Both the position numbers and the translations under genes were made by a program. The notes under the pieces are model-generated. The model saw only the letters and a list, made by a program, of their open reading frames with translations. It ran no database searches and was not told the origin of the DNA. From Candidatus Marinacidobacterales bacterium (lineage in GTDB: Bacteria > Acidobacteriota > Vicinamibacteria > Marinacidobacterales > SMYC01): a DNA stretch of 64,000 nt. The stretch is taken from assembly GCA_965247365.1 (NCBI GenBank), contig CBDFHB010000001.1:408739-472738 (forward strand). The letters run 5' to 3'. Below, in pieces: positions 1 to 8,833 of this stretch. The first letter of the stretch is position 1; every line of letters begins with the position of its first letter.

Positions 1-1
1 C

Positions 2-661
2 GGCCTGTTCGTTCACGGTCTCGGTCTTGCCCTCATCGCCCTCACCGCTCTATACGCCCCCATCGAGGAAACGCTACCTCATGTGGCGGCCGTCGCGCTC
101 GATCTGGCAGCGCCACCTCCACCCCCGCTTCGGCAGGGTAGCCCGGCGGGTGTCGAGAGCGCGACGCTCCTAGCGAGACCCGTGGCGGCGGCAACGGTAC
201 CCCACGTCGTTGTGCCGGGCCTATCCGCCGAGATTCTCTCCATGCGTTTCGAGCTCGGGGCAGGTGTCGAGCATGGGTTTCCGGGGGGTGACGACGACGG
301 AATGCAAGGTGGGATCCCGGGGGGGGTGGTCGGCGGCGTCCCCGGCGGCCTGGTCGGAGGCTCCATCGGCGGCACGGGAACGGCAGTCACCCCAGACGTG
401 GGTCCGCGCCCGATCCGCATGCCACAGCCGAGCTACACCCGGGAAGCGATTCGCGACAACGTTTCAGGGGTCGTCATGCTTCGCGTCGTGATCGATAAGC
501 AGGGCAAGGTGAAAGTACTCGAGGTCTTGCGCTCGATTCCGGCACTCGATGCCGAGGCCATTCGGGTCGTGGAGTCTGAGTGGCGGTTCCACCCCGCCAC
601 GAGACAAGGGCGCCCAGTCCCCGCTCTCAGCAACCTCATCGTCCGCTTCAATCTCTATTGA
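2..661 (+). CDS. tonB: TonB family energy transducer, 5'-truncated by the window edge. The frame is open from nt 2 and encodes a TM helix (GLFVHGLGLALIALTALYA) before the first start codon in the track (GTG at 83).
   Basis: Pro-rich segment, Gly-rich GGxxGG repeats and a TonB C-terminal domain (PQPSYTREAIRDNVSGVVMLRVVIDKQGKV...LIVRFNLY). There is no stop codon between nt 2 and 82 in frame, and the ORF-track protein lacks a TM helix unless extended upstream. Confidence 0.8.
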   Translation, partial: GLFVHGLGLALIALTALYAPIEETLPHVAAVALDLAAPPPPPLRQGSPAGVESATLLARPVAAATVPHVVVPGLSAEILSMRFELGAGVEHGFPGGDDDGMQGGIPGGVVGGVPGGLVGGSIGGTGTAVTPDVGPRPIRMPQPSYTREAIRDNVSGVVMLRVVIDKQGKVKVLEVLRSIPALDAEAIRVVESEWRFHPATRQGRPVPALSNLIVRFNLY

Positions 662-958
662 TGCGACGCGTGCTTGACACGGAGAGCGAGCACGTTTACC
701 ATGGCCCGCTCGAAAGGGGGTCTCAGACCACTCTGAGCTTGGTTTGACAAGGGGATACGTTACCAGATAGATATGCCCTTTTCCTGGATAAGGTATCTTG
801 TTCGCTGAGATCTGGACGGAACTTTTCCGGGTTCATGGTGTCTAAGAGTTTGACCAAGGTGAGTCCTCCCTCACGAGCCATCTTGGTCAGAGAACTATAG
901 CGGATAGTGCGATCTTCATAGTCAGAGTCGTTCGTACTTCTCCGGAAAGGAGCACGCC

Positions 959-1663
959 GTGCCCAAGGAACTGTTTGATCAAGCGCTGACATCCGGGGGG
1001 AATCCGACCGGCTCGTTGGGGAGTTTCTTGACATCCGTTCTAATCCAGTGTGGGATTCTCTTCGGCATGGTCATCGTTCCCCTCATGGCCACGGATAATC
1101 TCCCGACGCCGGAAGGCATCATGACCTTCATGGCGCCTCCGCCGCCTCCGCCGCCTCCGCCTCCTCCGCCGCCGCCGCCAAAGGCGGTGAGAGCCAAGCC
1201 GATGGCGCCGAGGCCGGTGGTAGCGGCCAACCAGTTCGTGGCACCCGTCGAGATTCCCGACAATATCGGTGAAGGCTTCGTGGACTTTGGGGGCGTCGAG
1301 GGCGGCGTGCCAGGCGGCGTCATCGGCGGCATCGTCGGCGGTCTTCCCGACGCCCCGCCGCCACCGCCCAGGGCAGAGCCGGTGCGCGTGGGCGGCAACA
1401 TCCGTCCTCCCAACAGGATCAAAGACCTGAGTCCGATCTACCCAGAGATCGCCAAACAGGCGCGCGTCCAAGGCATCGTGATCCTCGAAGCGATCATCGA
1501 TCCCTCGGGCAATGTCACCAACGTGCGTGTGCTGAGGTCGATCCCTTTGCTCGACCAGGCCGCCGTCGAGGCCGTGAAGCAGTGGAAGTACGAGCCGACT
1601 CTACTGAACAACGTTCCCGTTCCGATCGTGATGACGGTGACGGTGACCTTCTCGCTCAACTAG
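959..1663 (+). CDS. tonB: TonB family protein, second paralog, with an N-terminal TM helix, 15 consecutive Pro, a Gly-rich repeat and a TonB C-terminal domain.
   Basis: GTG start at 959 preceded by AAGGAG (947-952). TM helix SFLTSVLIQCGILFGMVIVPLMA, P15 run, C-terminal IYPEIAKQARVQGIVILEAIIDPSGNVTNVRVLRS...VTFSLN. Confidence 0.85.
   Translation: MPKELFDQALTSGGNPTGSLGSFLTSVLIQCGILFGMVIVPLMATDNLPTPEGIMTFMAPPPPPPPPPPPPPPPKAVRAKPMAPRPVVAANQFVAPVEIPDNIGEGFVDFGGVEGGVPGGVIGGIVGGLPDAPPPPPRAEPVRVGGNIRPPNRIKDLSPIYPEIAKQARVQGIVILEAIIDPSGNVTNVRVLRSIPLLDQAAVEAVKQWKYEPTLLNNVPVPIVMTVTVTFSLN
1136..1180 (+). repeat. Coding microsatellite: 15 consecutive proline codons (CCT/CCG/CCA) inside tonB2.
   Basis: Direct read, cct ccg ccg cct ccg ccg cct ccg cct cct ccg ccg ccg ccg cca. 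The antisense frames give poly-Gly/poly-Arg artefact ORFs. Confidence 0.9.
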
Positions 1664-1731
1664 ATTTCGTAAGATATTAGGGTTTTCATCGAGTCAGTGG
1701 CACCCAGCCCAAGGGCTATCAGGAGGAAATA

Positions 1732-2409
1732 ATGTCGTTTAGTTTGCTGGATATTTGGAATCACATGGGATTCACCTCGAAGTTCGTCAACCTTATAATG
1801 CTGGTCATGTCGATCTATTCGCTGAGCGTCATGATCGAGCGGTACATGACGTTCTTCAAAGCGAAGAAGCAGTCGCGTTTCTATGCTCCGAAGGTCGCTA
1901 AGCTCCTGAAGGACGGCAAGATTCAGGATGCCATCAGAATCAGCAGCAACAAGGACGTCAAGAACAGCCACTTGGCCAAGGTTCTTCTCGCCGGACTCCA
2001 GGAGTATCAATTCCAGAAGGAGAGCGGCGAGGGGTCCCGCGACGACATGATGGAGTCGGCCCACCGCGCCATCGAGCGGGCCACCGCCCTGAACCTCACC
2101 GATCTCAGGCGCGGCCTTTCCGGGCTGGGGACCGTGGGTGCCACGGCTCCTTTCGTGGGTCTTTTCGGTACCGTTGCCGGCATCATCAACGCGTTCCGTG
2201 GAATGGCACTCACCGGATCCGGTGGGATCGGTGCCGTATCCGCAGGTATCGCCGAGGCGCTTATCGCGACGGCTGTTGGTCTAGGCGTGGCCATTCCCGC
2301 GGTCTGGGCCTTCAACTACCTGACAACGCGCGTCGAGGGCTTTACGGTCGAGATGGACAATAGCGCCTCGGAGCTCATCGACTACATGGCGAAGAAGACG
2401 GTCAACTAA
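1732..2409 (+). CDS. exbB: MotA/TolQ/ExbB proton-channel protein.
   Basis: Three-TM topology and the conserved C-terminal region GTVGATAPFVGLFGTVAGIINAF, which is typical of ExbB/TolQ. Confidence 0.9.
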   Translation: MSFSLLDIWNHMGFTSKFVNLIMLVMSIYSLSVMIERYMTFFKAKKQSRFYAPKVAKLLKDGKIQDAIRISSNKDVKNSHLAKVLLAGLQEYQFQKESGEGSRDDMMESAHRAIERATALNLTDLRRGLSGLGTVGATAPFVGLFGTVAGIINAFRGMALTGSGGIGAVSAGIAEALIATAVGLGVAIPAVWAFNYLTTRVEGFTVEMDNSASELIDYMAKKTVN

Positions 2410-2443
2410 GGCTGACTTTTTCGAGCAGTAAGGAGAACGAACG

Positions 2444-2860
2444 ATGGGAATGAGCGGACTCGGTCAAAAAACCGTAATTGCCACCATCAATGTGACGCCC
2501 CTGGCTGACGTCATGCTCGTGTTGCTCATCATCTTCATGGTGATCACGCCAATGCTTCAGAAGGGTGTCGACGTGAATCTTCCGGCGGCGGAGTATCCCA
2601 CAGATCATGCGGACAACGAGGACGTCGTCACCGTGGCCGTAAAACTCGACAACACCTTGTATGTCAACATGATTCCGGTGGCGCAGTCCGAGATCGTGGC
2701 TCGCCTCACCGAGGAGTTCGAGGACAAGTCCGAAAAAATCCTCTTTCTCAAAGCGGACGAGGGCTTGGCCTATGGTGACGTCCTGCGGGTCATGGATCTC
2801 TGCCGCGACGCCGGGGCCGACGAGATCGGCCTCATCACGGAGGAAAAGACTCAAGGCTAG
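2444..2860 (+). CDS. exbD: ExbD/TolR biopolymer transport protein.
   Basis: INVTPLADVMLVLLIIFMV TM segment plus a periplasmic domain. An RBS precedes the start. Confidence 0.9.
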   Translation: MGMSGLGQKTVIATINVTPLADVMLVLLIIFMVITPMLQKGVDVNLPAAEYPTDHADNEDVVTVAVKLDNTLYVNMIPVAQSEIVARLTEEFEDKSEKILFLKADEGLAYGDVLRVMDLCRDAGADEIGLITEEKTQG

Positions 2861-2888
2861 GCCTTGGAGCTTCTCGGAGGAAAAGAAT

Positions 2889-3293
2889 ATGGGAATGTCA
2901 GGATCAGTTCGCGGCCGCGGCATGTCGGATATCAACGTGACGCCTCTTATCGACGTCATGTTGGTGCTGCTAATCATTTTCATGGTGGTCACGCCGCTGA
3001 CACAAAAGGGCCTGGACGTCGAGCTGCCTGAGTCGGCAGACAATACCGTGGAATCGGCGCCGGACCCCCACCAGCTGGTCCTCCATATAGACGAAACGGG
3101 TGAAATCACCATCAACAAGCAGCCCGTCAACATTGACGAGCTTCCCCTACGCATCCGTGACCTCTTCGAGACGCGTGCGGACAAAACCATCTTTCTGCAA
3201 GCAGCGCCGACGCTGAGATATGGACAAGTGGTCGAGGTTCTGGACGTCGCTCGAGGCAATGGTGTCGAGCGCGTCGGGATCGTGCCAGGCTAG
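2889..3293 (+). CDS. exbD: ExbD/TolR biopolymer transport protein, second tandem copy. The true start is probably the ATG at 2889, not the track start at 2772.
   Basis: INVTPLIDVMLVLLIIFMVVTP. Both copies begin MGMSG, which suggests a tandem duplication. Confidence 0.85.
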   Translation: MGMSGSVRGRGMSDINVTPLIDVMLVLLIIFMVVTPLTQKGLDVELPESADNTVESAPDPHQLVLHIDETGEITINKQPVNIDELPLRIRDLFETRADKTIFLQAAPTLRYGQVVEVLDVARGNGVERVGIVPG

Positions 3294-3324
3294 CAGCCTG
3301 GCGGCAAGGGTCTACGTTTTTGTC

Positions 3325-4635
3325 TTATACCTCTCCCCGATGGGGAGAGGTCGGTTCGCGAGGCGAACCGGGTGAGGGGTCAGCCGTTTCCTTCAAAGTC
3401 ACCTCGAAGACGGTTCCACCCCCTTCACGAGCGAGACACCGCACGTCCCCTCCATGCAGCCGGGCTATGCGACGCACGAGCGAGAGACCCAAACCCAAAC
3501 CCCGAGCGGACGCAAGAGACGCCGTGGACGCGCGGTAGAAGGGCTCGAAGACGAGCTGCCGTTCCGATTCCGGGATGCCGGGACCGCGATCCCTAATTCG
3601 TATCGAAGCGCCCCCTGGGGGCATCGGAGCGATCTCGACCTCGACGGGGCTTGAAGCTCCGTAGCGACGCGCGTTCTCGAGGAGGTTCCTAACCAGGCGC
3701 CGCACTAGCCGCGGCTCGACTCGAAGCTCCGTGGGCGTCCCGGTGGCCTCGGCGTCATAGCGCGCGGCCTCTTCGGCGGCAAGAATGAGAAGGTCCACCG
3801 TTTCCCCGCTTCCGGCGAGCTCCGTCGTATCGAGCCTGGACGCCAGCAGCAGCTCCTCGATGAGCGCGTCGAGCTCCGCGACGTCGCTCTCGATGCTCTT
3901 CTTGAGCTCTGGGCGGACGGTGTCCGGGAGAAGCTCCGCGGCGACGCGGATACGCGTGAGCGGCGTACGAAATTCGTGCGATGCCCCTGCCAGCAGAGTT
4001 TTCTGAGCCTCGACGAGACGCTCGATTTTGGCTGCGGCACGATTGAAGCTCTCCGCCAGAAAGGCCACCTCGTCACGTCCCTCCACCTCGACCCGAGCGT
4101 CGAGCTCACCCGAGCCGAGGGCGTCGACGCGGTCCCTGAGCCGCTCCAAACGTCTAGTGAGGCGTCGCACGAGAGGAGGATACGCGCCGACAGCAATGGC
4201 ACCGCCCAAGGCCCCAAGGAACAAGAGCATCCCTCCCGCGGTGCGACCTCGTCGATGGCGGACCACGACCCAGCGGCCGTCCGTGAGGGTCAGGGCGGCG
4301 GTGATCCCTGCCCCCCTCGAGTGGAGCCAGTGACTTTCCGCCGCGGTGTCTCGGGGGCCCGGCAAGTCTTCGCCGGATGCGGCAAGGAGTCGCCGTTCCG
4401 GATCGGAGACCGCGAGGCTCAACCCGAGACGTCGAGAAAGAGAGTCGACGGCTCGTTCGAGCTCTTCCGGCATGCGGTCGGCCGGGGGCAGGAGCTCTTC
4501 GGCGACCACGCCCATCGCTTCGAGTGGCTGATCGTTGTAGCCGCCGAGAGTGAGCCACGCGACCGACATGAGAACCGCGAACAAGAGCAGGATACTCAGG
4601 AAAGCGGCGTATATCTGAATATAGAGAGCTCTCAC
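3325..4635 (-). CDS. Sensor histidine kinase with N-terminal TM, HAMP, HisKA and HATPase domains.
   Basis: H-box region FLAESFNRAAAK...SHEFRTPLTRI, HATPase motif LLENARRYG...IRDRGPGIPESE...GLGLSL. It overlaps the regulator gene by 4 nt. Confidence 0.9.
   Translation of the reverse strand: MRALYIQIYAAFLSILLLFAVLMSVAWLTLGGYNDQPLEAMGVVAEELLPPADRMPEELERAVDSLSRRLGLSLAVSDPERRLLAASGEDLPGPRDTAAESHWLHSRGAGITAALTLTDGRWVVVRHRRGRTAGGMLLFLGALGGAIAVGAYPPLVRRLTRRLERLRDRVDALGSGELDARVEVEGRDEVAFLAESFNRAAAKIERLVEAQKTLLAGASHEFRTPLTRIRVAAELLPDTVRPELKKSIESDVAELDALIEELLLASRLDTTELAGSGETVDLLILAAEEAARYDAEATGTPTELRVEPRLVRRLVRNLLENARRYGASSPVEVEIAPMPPGGASIRIRDRGPGIPESERQLVFEPFYRASTASLASARGLGLGLSLVRRIARLHGGDVRCLAREGGGTVFEVTLKETADPSPGSPREPTSPHRGEV
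3330..3369. terminator. Two adjacent GC-rich hairpins at the convergent junction of exbD2 and the histidine kinase, a candidate bidirectional terminator. They overlap the 3' tail of the kinase ORF.
   Basis: CCTCTCCCC-gat-GGGGAGAGG (3330-3350) and GGTTCGC-gag-GCGAACC (3353-3369), both perfect stems. There is no clean U-tract. Confidence 0.3.
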
Positions 4636-5339
4636 TCTCTTCCCTCACCGTCGTAGGAGGCAGAAAAGAGATAGCCGACGGAGCGAATGGTCAGGATTCT
4701 CCGCGGGTGTTTCGGGTCGTCCTCCACGGCGGCCCGGATTCTCGAGATGTGAACGTCCACGCTGCGATCGAAGGGCTCGAGCTCGACGCCCCTCAAACGC
4801 TTCAGGAGCGCGTCGCGCGTCATTACCCGGCCCGCGTTCTCGGCAAGCGCGACGAGCAGATCGAACTGATAGCTCGTTAGCTCCCTCGTAGCACCGTTCA
4901 GCCGTACGAGACGCCGATCGCGGTCGATCTCGAGTGCTCCAAACGTAAACGTTCGAGGCGTCCCGGCAATCGCGCGCCGCTGACGCCGGGTCAGAGCGTG
5001 CAAGCGGGCGAGTAACTCACGCGGATTGAACGGTTTGGCTAGATAGTCATCGGCGCCGAGCTCGAGGCCGACGATGCGGTCCGTATCCTCTCCCCTCGCT
5101 GTCAACATTAGAACGGGAACGTCGTTTTGCCTGCGAAGTCGGCGCAAGATCTCGAAACCATCGGGTCCCGGAAGCATCACGTCGAGGATCACGAGATCTG
5201 AGGGATCCTCCTCGAGCGCGCGAAGCCCCTCCTCGCCATCTTTGGCGGAGCGAACTCGGAAACCCTTGGAGCCGAGATACTCGGCCAGCATCGACGCGAG
5301 GCTCTCGTCGTCCTCGATGACAAGAACTTTCTCCGCCAT
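4632..5339 (-). CDS. OmpR/PhoB-family response regulator (REC plus winged helix).
   Basis: VLVIEDDESLA...DLVILDVMLPGPDGFEIL...LMLTARGEDTDRIVGLELGADDYLAKPFNPRELLARL, with a winged-helix C-terminus. Confidence 0.9.
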   Translation of the reverse strand: MAEKVLVIEDDESLASMLAEYLGSKGFRVRSAKDGEEGLRALEEDPSDLVILDVMLPGPDGFEILRRLRRQNDVPVLMLTARGEDTDRIVGLELGADDYLAKPFNPRELLARLHALTRRQRRAIAGTPRTFTFGALEIDRDRRLVRLNGATRELTSYQFDLLVALAENAGRVMTRDALLKRLRGVELEPFDRSVDVHISRIRAAVEDDPKHPRRILTIRSVGYLFSASYDGEGRE

Positions 5340-5421
5340 CTATCGGAGAAGCAGTAAGGGCGAGACAGCCAGGAAGCTGTCTCGCCCGAATGAATTCGAG
5401 GCGGTTTCGAAATGCGTGCTC

Positions 5422-6471
5422 TTAGTGACCCGACTCGGCCTGCGCGCTTTCCTTCGCGGCGGCGGCGGCTTCTTTTTCGGCCGCTTCCGCCTGCTCTTGT
5501 AGCACGATGGCCCTGTCTCTCAATTCGTTAGCCAGCGCCAGGAGCTCCTCCTGTCGCCGCGGCTCGACTTTCGCCTGCTCCCGAAGCAAAAGATTCTTGT
5601 AGATAAGCGCATCGACGTATTCGTCGTTGATCTCGAGCGCCTGATCCAATTGATCGAGCCCGAGCTCGATGTAGTCCTTAATGTCGTTCGGGCCCAGAGC
5701 CGGGTCGCGATAGACCTTGTCCCAGTAGTGGACGGCGATGAGGTAATAGCCCTCGGGATTGCCCGCTTGAACGTCGCGGGCCTTGGCGAGCCACTCCATC
5801 GTCTCGTCGAAACGCCCATACTTGTTGAGGAGATTCGCGACCTGACGGTAGCTCATGGAATCATCGGGATTCATGTCCACGGGCTTCTTGTAGGACTCGA
5901 TCGCCTCTTCGATCAGGGGCATCTCCTCGGCGTCATGGAATCGTTCATAAACGTCGGCGAGCGCGTAGTACCGCTCGGGAGTCTCCTGGTCGATCTCGAT
6001 GAGCGCCTTGAAGTATTTCTCCGCGCTCTCGAAATCTTTCAGGTTGTCACGATAGATCGCCGCGAGCTGCTCCATCGAGTACTTCTGATAGGGCGCGAGC
6101 ATCTCGAACTCGGACGCGTGATCGGCGGCGAGCCCCTGCGCGATCCCGTAGTCCTCGATCGCTGCAGCCAGGTGCTTGTCGTTCTCCGCCTCATCTTCCG
6201 CCCCGTATGGACGGTAAATCAGATGGTGGCTGCTGCCTCGATAAAAAACTGAAGTGACGAGAACACGCGGGTCAGGATTCTCGTCCAGTGCGAGTGTTTG
6301 GTCGTAAAACTCGATCGCGCGCTCGTACTCCTTGGCCGCGTAGAAGGCGTTCGCCTGCTTGAAGGCACGGCGCGATTTCAGCATCTCCCACTTGCCCGCA
6401 ATATCGCATCCGCTGAGCGCAACGAGGGCGATCAGTATTATTCCTATTATGGTCCCGGGACGGGTACGCAT
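5422..6471 (-). CDS. TPR-repeat lipoprotein (signal peptide with lipobox Cys; BamD-like architecture but unassigned).
   Basis: N-terminus MRTRPGTIIGIILIALVALSGC followed by multiple TPR-like helices. Confidence 0.7.
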   Translation of the reverse strand: MRTRPGTIIGIILIALVALSGCDIAGKWEMLKSRRAFKQANAFYAAKEYERAIEFYDQTLALDENPDPRVLVTSVFYRGSSHHLIYRPYGAEDEAENDKHLAAAIEDYGIAQGLAADHASEFEMLAPYQKYSMEQLAAIYRDNLKDFESAEKYFKALIEIDQETPERYYALADVYERFHDAEEMPLIEEAIESYKKPVDMNPDDSMSYRQVANLLNKYGRFDETMEWLAKARDVQAGNPEGYYLIAVHYWDKVYRDPALGPNDIKDYIELGLDQLDQALEINDEYVDALIYKNLLLREQAKVEPRRQEELLALANELRDRAIVLQEQAEAAEKEAAAAAKESAQAESGH

Positions 6472-6634
6472 GGCGTGAAAACCCCCTCTTCAGTAGCGTT
6501 CAATAAACTGGGGAGCGAAGTATATTATGGGTCCCGAGTCCAGTCAACATTTCAAGAGCCGAGGCCTCCGCCTTGCTTGCGCGCAGGCGGGACGCCTATC
6601 ATGGAGCCGGGGCAAGTGCCTCTGATACTGGCAT

Positions 6635-8806
6635 TTGCTCCGTGAGATCATGATTCGTTTCGAGAATATCCTGGAGAAAGTCCGTGCTTATCAGCCAGAT
6701 GGAGACTTGGCGCTCCTCAGGCGGGCCTACGTTTTCTCCGCCAAGGAGCACCGAGGTCAGCTCAGGAAGTCGGGGGAGCCCTACCTAATCCACCCGCTCG
6801 AGGTCGCGAACATCCTCGCCGAACTGAAGCTCGACGTCGTTTGCGTCGTCTGCGGACTCCTGCACGACGTCGTGGAGGATACACTCACCGATATCGAGTC
6901 CGTTTCGGAGTACTTCGGCACTGAGGTCGCCCACATCATCGAAGGTCTCACCAAGATCAGCAAGATGAAGTTCTCGTCTCTCGAAGAGCATCAGGCGGAG
7001 AACTTCCGCAAGATGCTCATGGCCATGGTGGACGACATTCGGATCATACTGATCAAGCTCGCCGACCGTCTCCACAACATGCGCACGCTTCAACACCTCT
7101 CCGAAGAGAGGCGCCTCAGGATCGCGAACGAGACGCTCGAGATCTACGCGCCCCTGGCCGGTAGACTCGGTATCGGACGCATCAAGTCGGAGCTCGAGGA
7201 GCTGTGTTTGAAGAACGTGGAGCCGAAGGCTTTCGGGGTTCTCGCGGCCCGAGTGGAGGCGAAAAAGAAGTGGGCGCAGGAGTTCATCGCCGAGATCAAG
7301 GGTACGCTCGAGATCAACCTCGAGGAGAACGGGATTCCCGCGGAGATCAAGGGTCGCACCAAAAGCATCTACAGTATTCACCAGAAAATGAAGCGACAGA
7401 GGATCGAGCTCGATCAAGTCTACGATTTCATTGCCCTTCGCATCATCACGGACGATGTGAAGAACTGTTACGGCACGCTCGGCATCATTCACAACACCTG
7501 GCGACCCGTTCCGGGACGCATCAAGGACTTCATCGCCATGCCTCGGCCCAACGGCTACCGCGCGCTACACACGAGCGTCATCACGGATGTGGGTGTCCCC
7601 TTCGAGGTCCAGATCCGTAGCGAGGAAATGAACCGAGTGGCCGAGCAAGGGATCGCCGCGCATTGGAAATACAAAGAGGGACGGCCGTTCGAAGAGGATG
7701 ACGTCAAGAACTTCGCCTGGCTTCGGCAGATCATCGATTGGCAGCGAGAGGTCAAGGACCCTCATGAGTTCCTCAACAGCCTGAAAGTAGACCTCTACCC
7801 CGAAGACGTTTTCTGCTTCACACCGAAGGGCGATGTGAAATCCTTCCCGCGAGGGGCAACGCCCCTCGACTTCGCTTACTCGATTCACACCGACATCGGT
7901 CACCAGTGCGTTGGCGCCCGGGTGAGCGGAATGATGGTGCCTCTTCGCTACCATCTGAAGAACGGTGACATCGTCGAGATCGTCACCGCGAGAGGCCACC
8001 GTCCGAGTCGCGACTGGCTCTCCTTCGTCGCTACCTCCCGCGCTCGAAACAAGATCCGCACCTTCCTGAACGCTTCCGAGAAACGACGGAGCATCGAGAT
8101 CGGCAAGAAGCTCTTCGAGAAGGAGTCGGGCCGTATCGACGTCTCACTGAAGCAGGTACTGGATTCGAAGCGGTTTGAGGACGTCTTGAGGGAGTACGGC
8201 TTCTCGAAGCCGGAGGACCTCTACGCCGCGCTCGGCTACGGGAAGGTCTCCCCACGCAACGTCTTGTCGAAGCTCGTTCCGCCCGAAAAGCTCGAGGAGA
8301 AGCCCGGCGCTGGCGCCACCTTCGCTCGCGCGGTCCGCAACGTCTTTCGCGGATCCCAGGACAAGATCAAAGTCAATGGGATGGACGACTTGATGGTCTA
8401 TCGGGCGAAGTGTTGTAATCCTATTCCGGGTGAGGGCATCACGGGCTATATAACCCGCGGCAAGGGAGTGTCGGTTCACTCCGTTACTTGCCCGAACCTA
8501 CTCAACCTCATGGTCGACCCGGAACGTCGGGTCGACGTATCGTGGGAGGGCGAGAAAGACGCCAGATACGACATCACGCTCTCGGTGAACGTGGAGGATC
8601 GGAAGGGCATTTTGGCGGACATCACGGCGATCATCGCTGATATGAACACCGATATCCGGACCATCGAAGCGAAGACTTTCGAAGATCAGCTAGGAGCGAT
8701 CGACGTGACGGTCTCCATCGGCAACCTCAAGGAGCTCGAGCGTATCACCCGCTCGCTTCGCTCCGTCGATGGCGTTCTGGACGTAGGAAGGCCAGGATCG
8801 CGCTGA
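6635..8806 (+). CDS. rel: Bifunctional (p)ppGpp synthetase/hydrolase, RelA/SpoT family (HD, synthetase, TGS and ACT domains).
   Basis: HD motif HPLEVANILAE...HDVVEDT, synthetase region, TGS and C-terminal ACT. The start may instead be MIRFEN at 6650. Confidence 0.92.
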   Translation: MLREIMIRFENILEKVRAYQPDGDLALLRRAYVFSAKEHRGQLRKSGEPYLIHPLEVANILAELKLDVVCVVCGLLHDVVEDTLTDIESVSEYFGTEVAHIIEGLTKISKMKFSSLEEHQAENFRKMLMAMVDDIRIILIKLADRLHNMRTLQHLSEERRLRIANETLEIYAPLAGRLGIGRIKSELEELCLKNVEPKAFGVLAARVEAKKKWAQEFIAEIKGTLEINLEENGIPAEIKGRTKSIYSIHQKMKRQRIELDQVYDFIALRIITDDVKNCYGTLGIIHNTWRPVPGRIKDFIAMPRPNGYRALHTSVITDVGVPFEVQIRSEEMNRVAEQGIAAHWKYKEGRPFEEDDVKNFAWLRQIIDWQREVKDPHEFLNSLKVDLYPEDVFCFTPKGDVKSFPRGATPLDFAYSIHTDIGHQCVGARVSGMMVPLRYHLKNGDIVEIVTARGHRPSRDWLSFVATSRARNKIRTFLNASEKRRSIEIGKKLFEKESGRIDVSLKQVLDSKRFEDVLREYGFSKPEDLYAALGYGKVSPRNVLSKLVPPEKLEEKPGAGATFARAVRNVFRGSQDKIKVNGMDDLMVYRAKCCNPIPGEGITGYITRGKGVSVHSVTCPNLLNLMVDPERRVDVSWEGEKDARYDITLSVNVEDRKGILADITAIIADMNTDIRTIEAKTFEDQLGAIDVTVSIGNLKELERITRSLRSVDGVLDVGRPGSR

Positions 8807-8833
8807 GCTCGCCCAAGGTCGATGTCCCCGAAG

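Noticed and set aside
723-1034. Minus-strand 103-aa ORF in the lower-GC spacer between the two tonB genes.
   Set aside because: It has no RBS or homology, its 5' end overlaps the tonB2 start and RBS, and it is most likely intergenic noise. It is noted only because the spacer (661-958) is AT-richer than its surroundings.
979-1471. Minus-strand ORFs (979-1422 and 1040-1471) encoding poly-Gly and poly-Arg.
   Set aside because: They are antisense artefacts of the (CCN)15 proline microsatellite and Gly-rich region inside tonB2. They have no RBS and sit entirely within a well-supported TonB gene.
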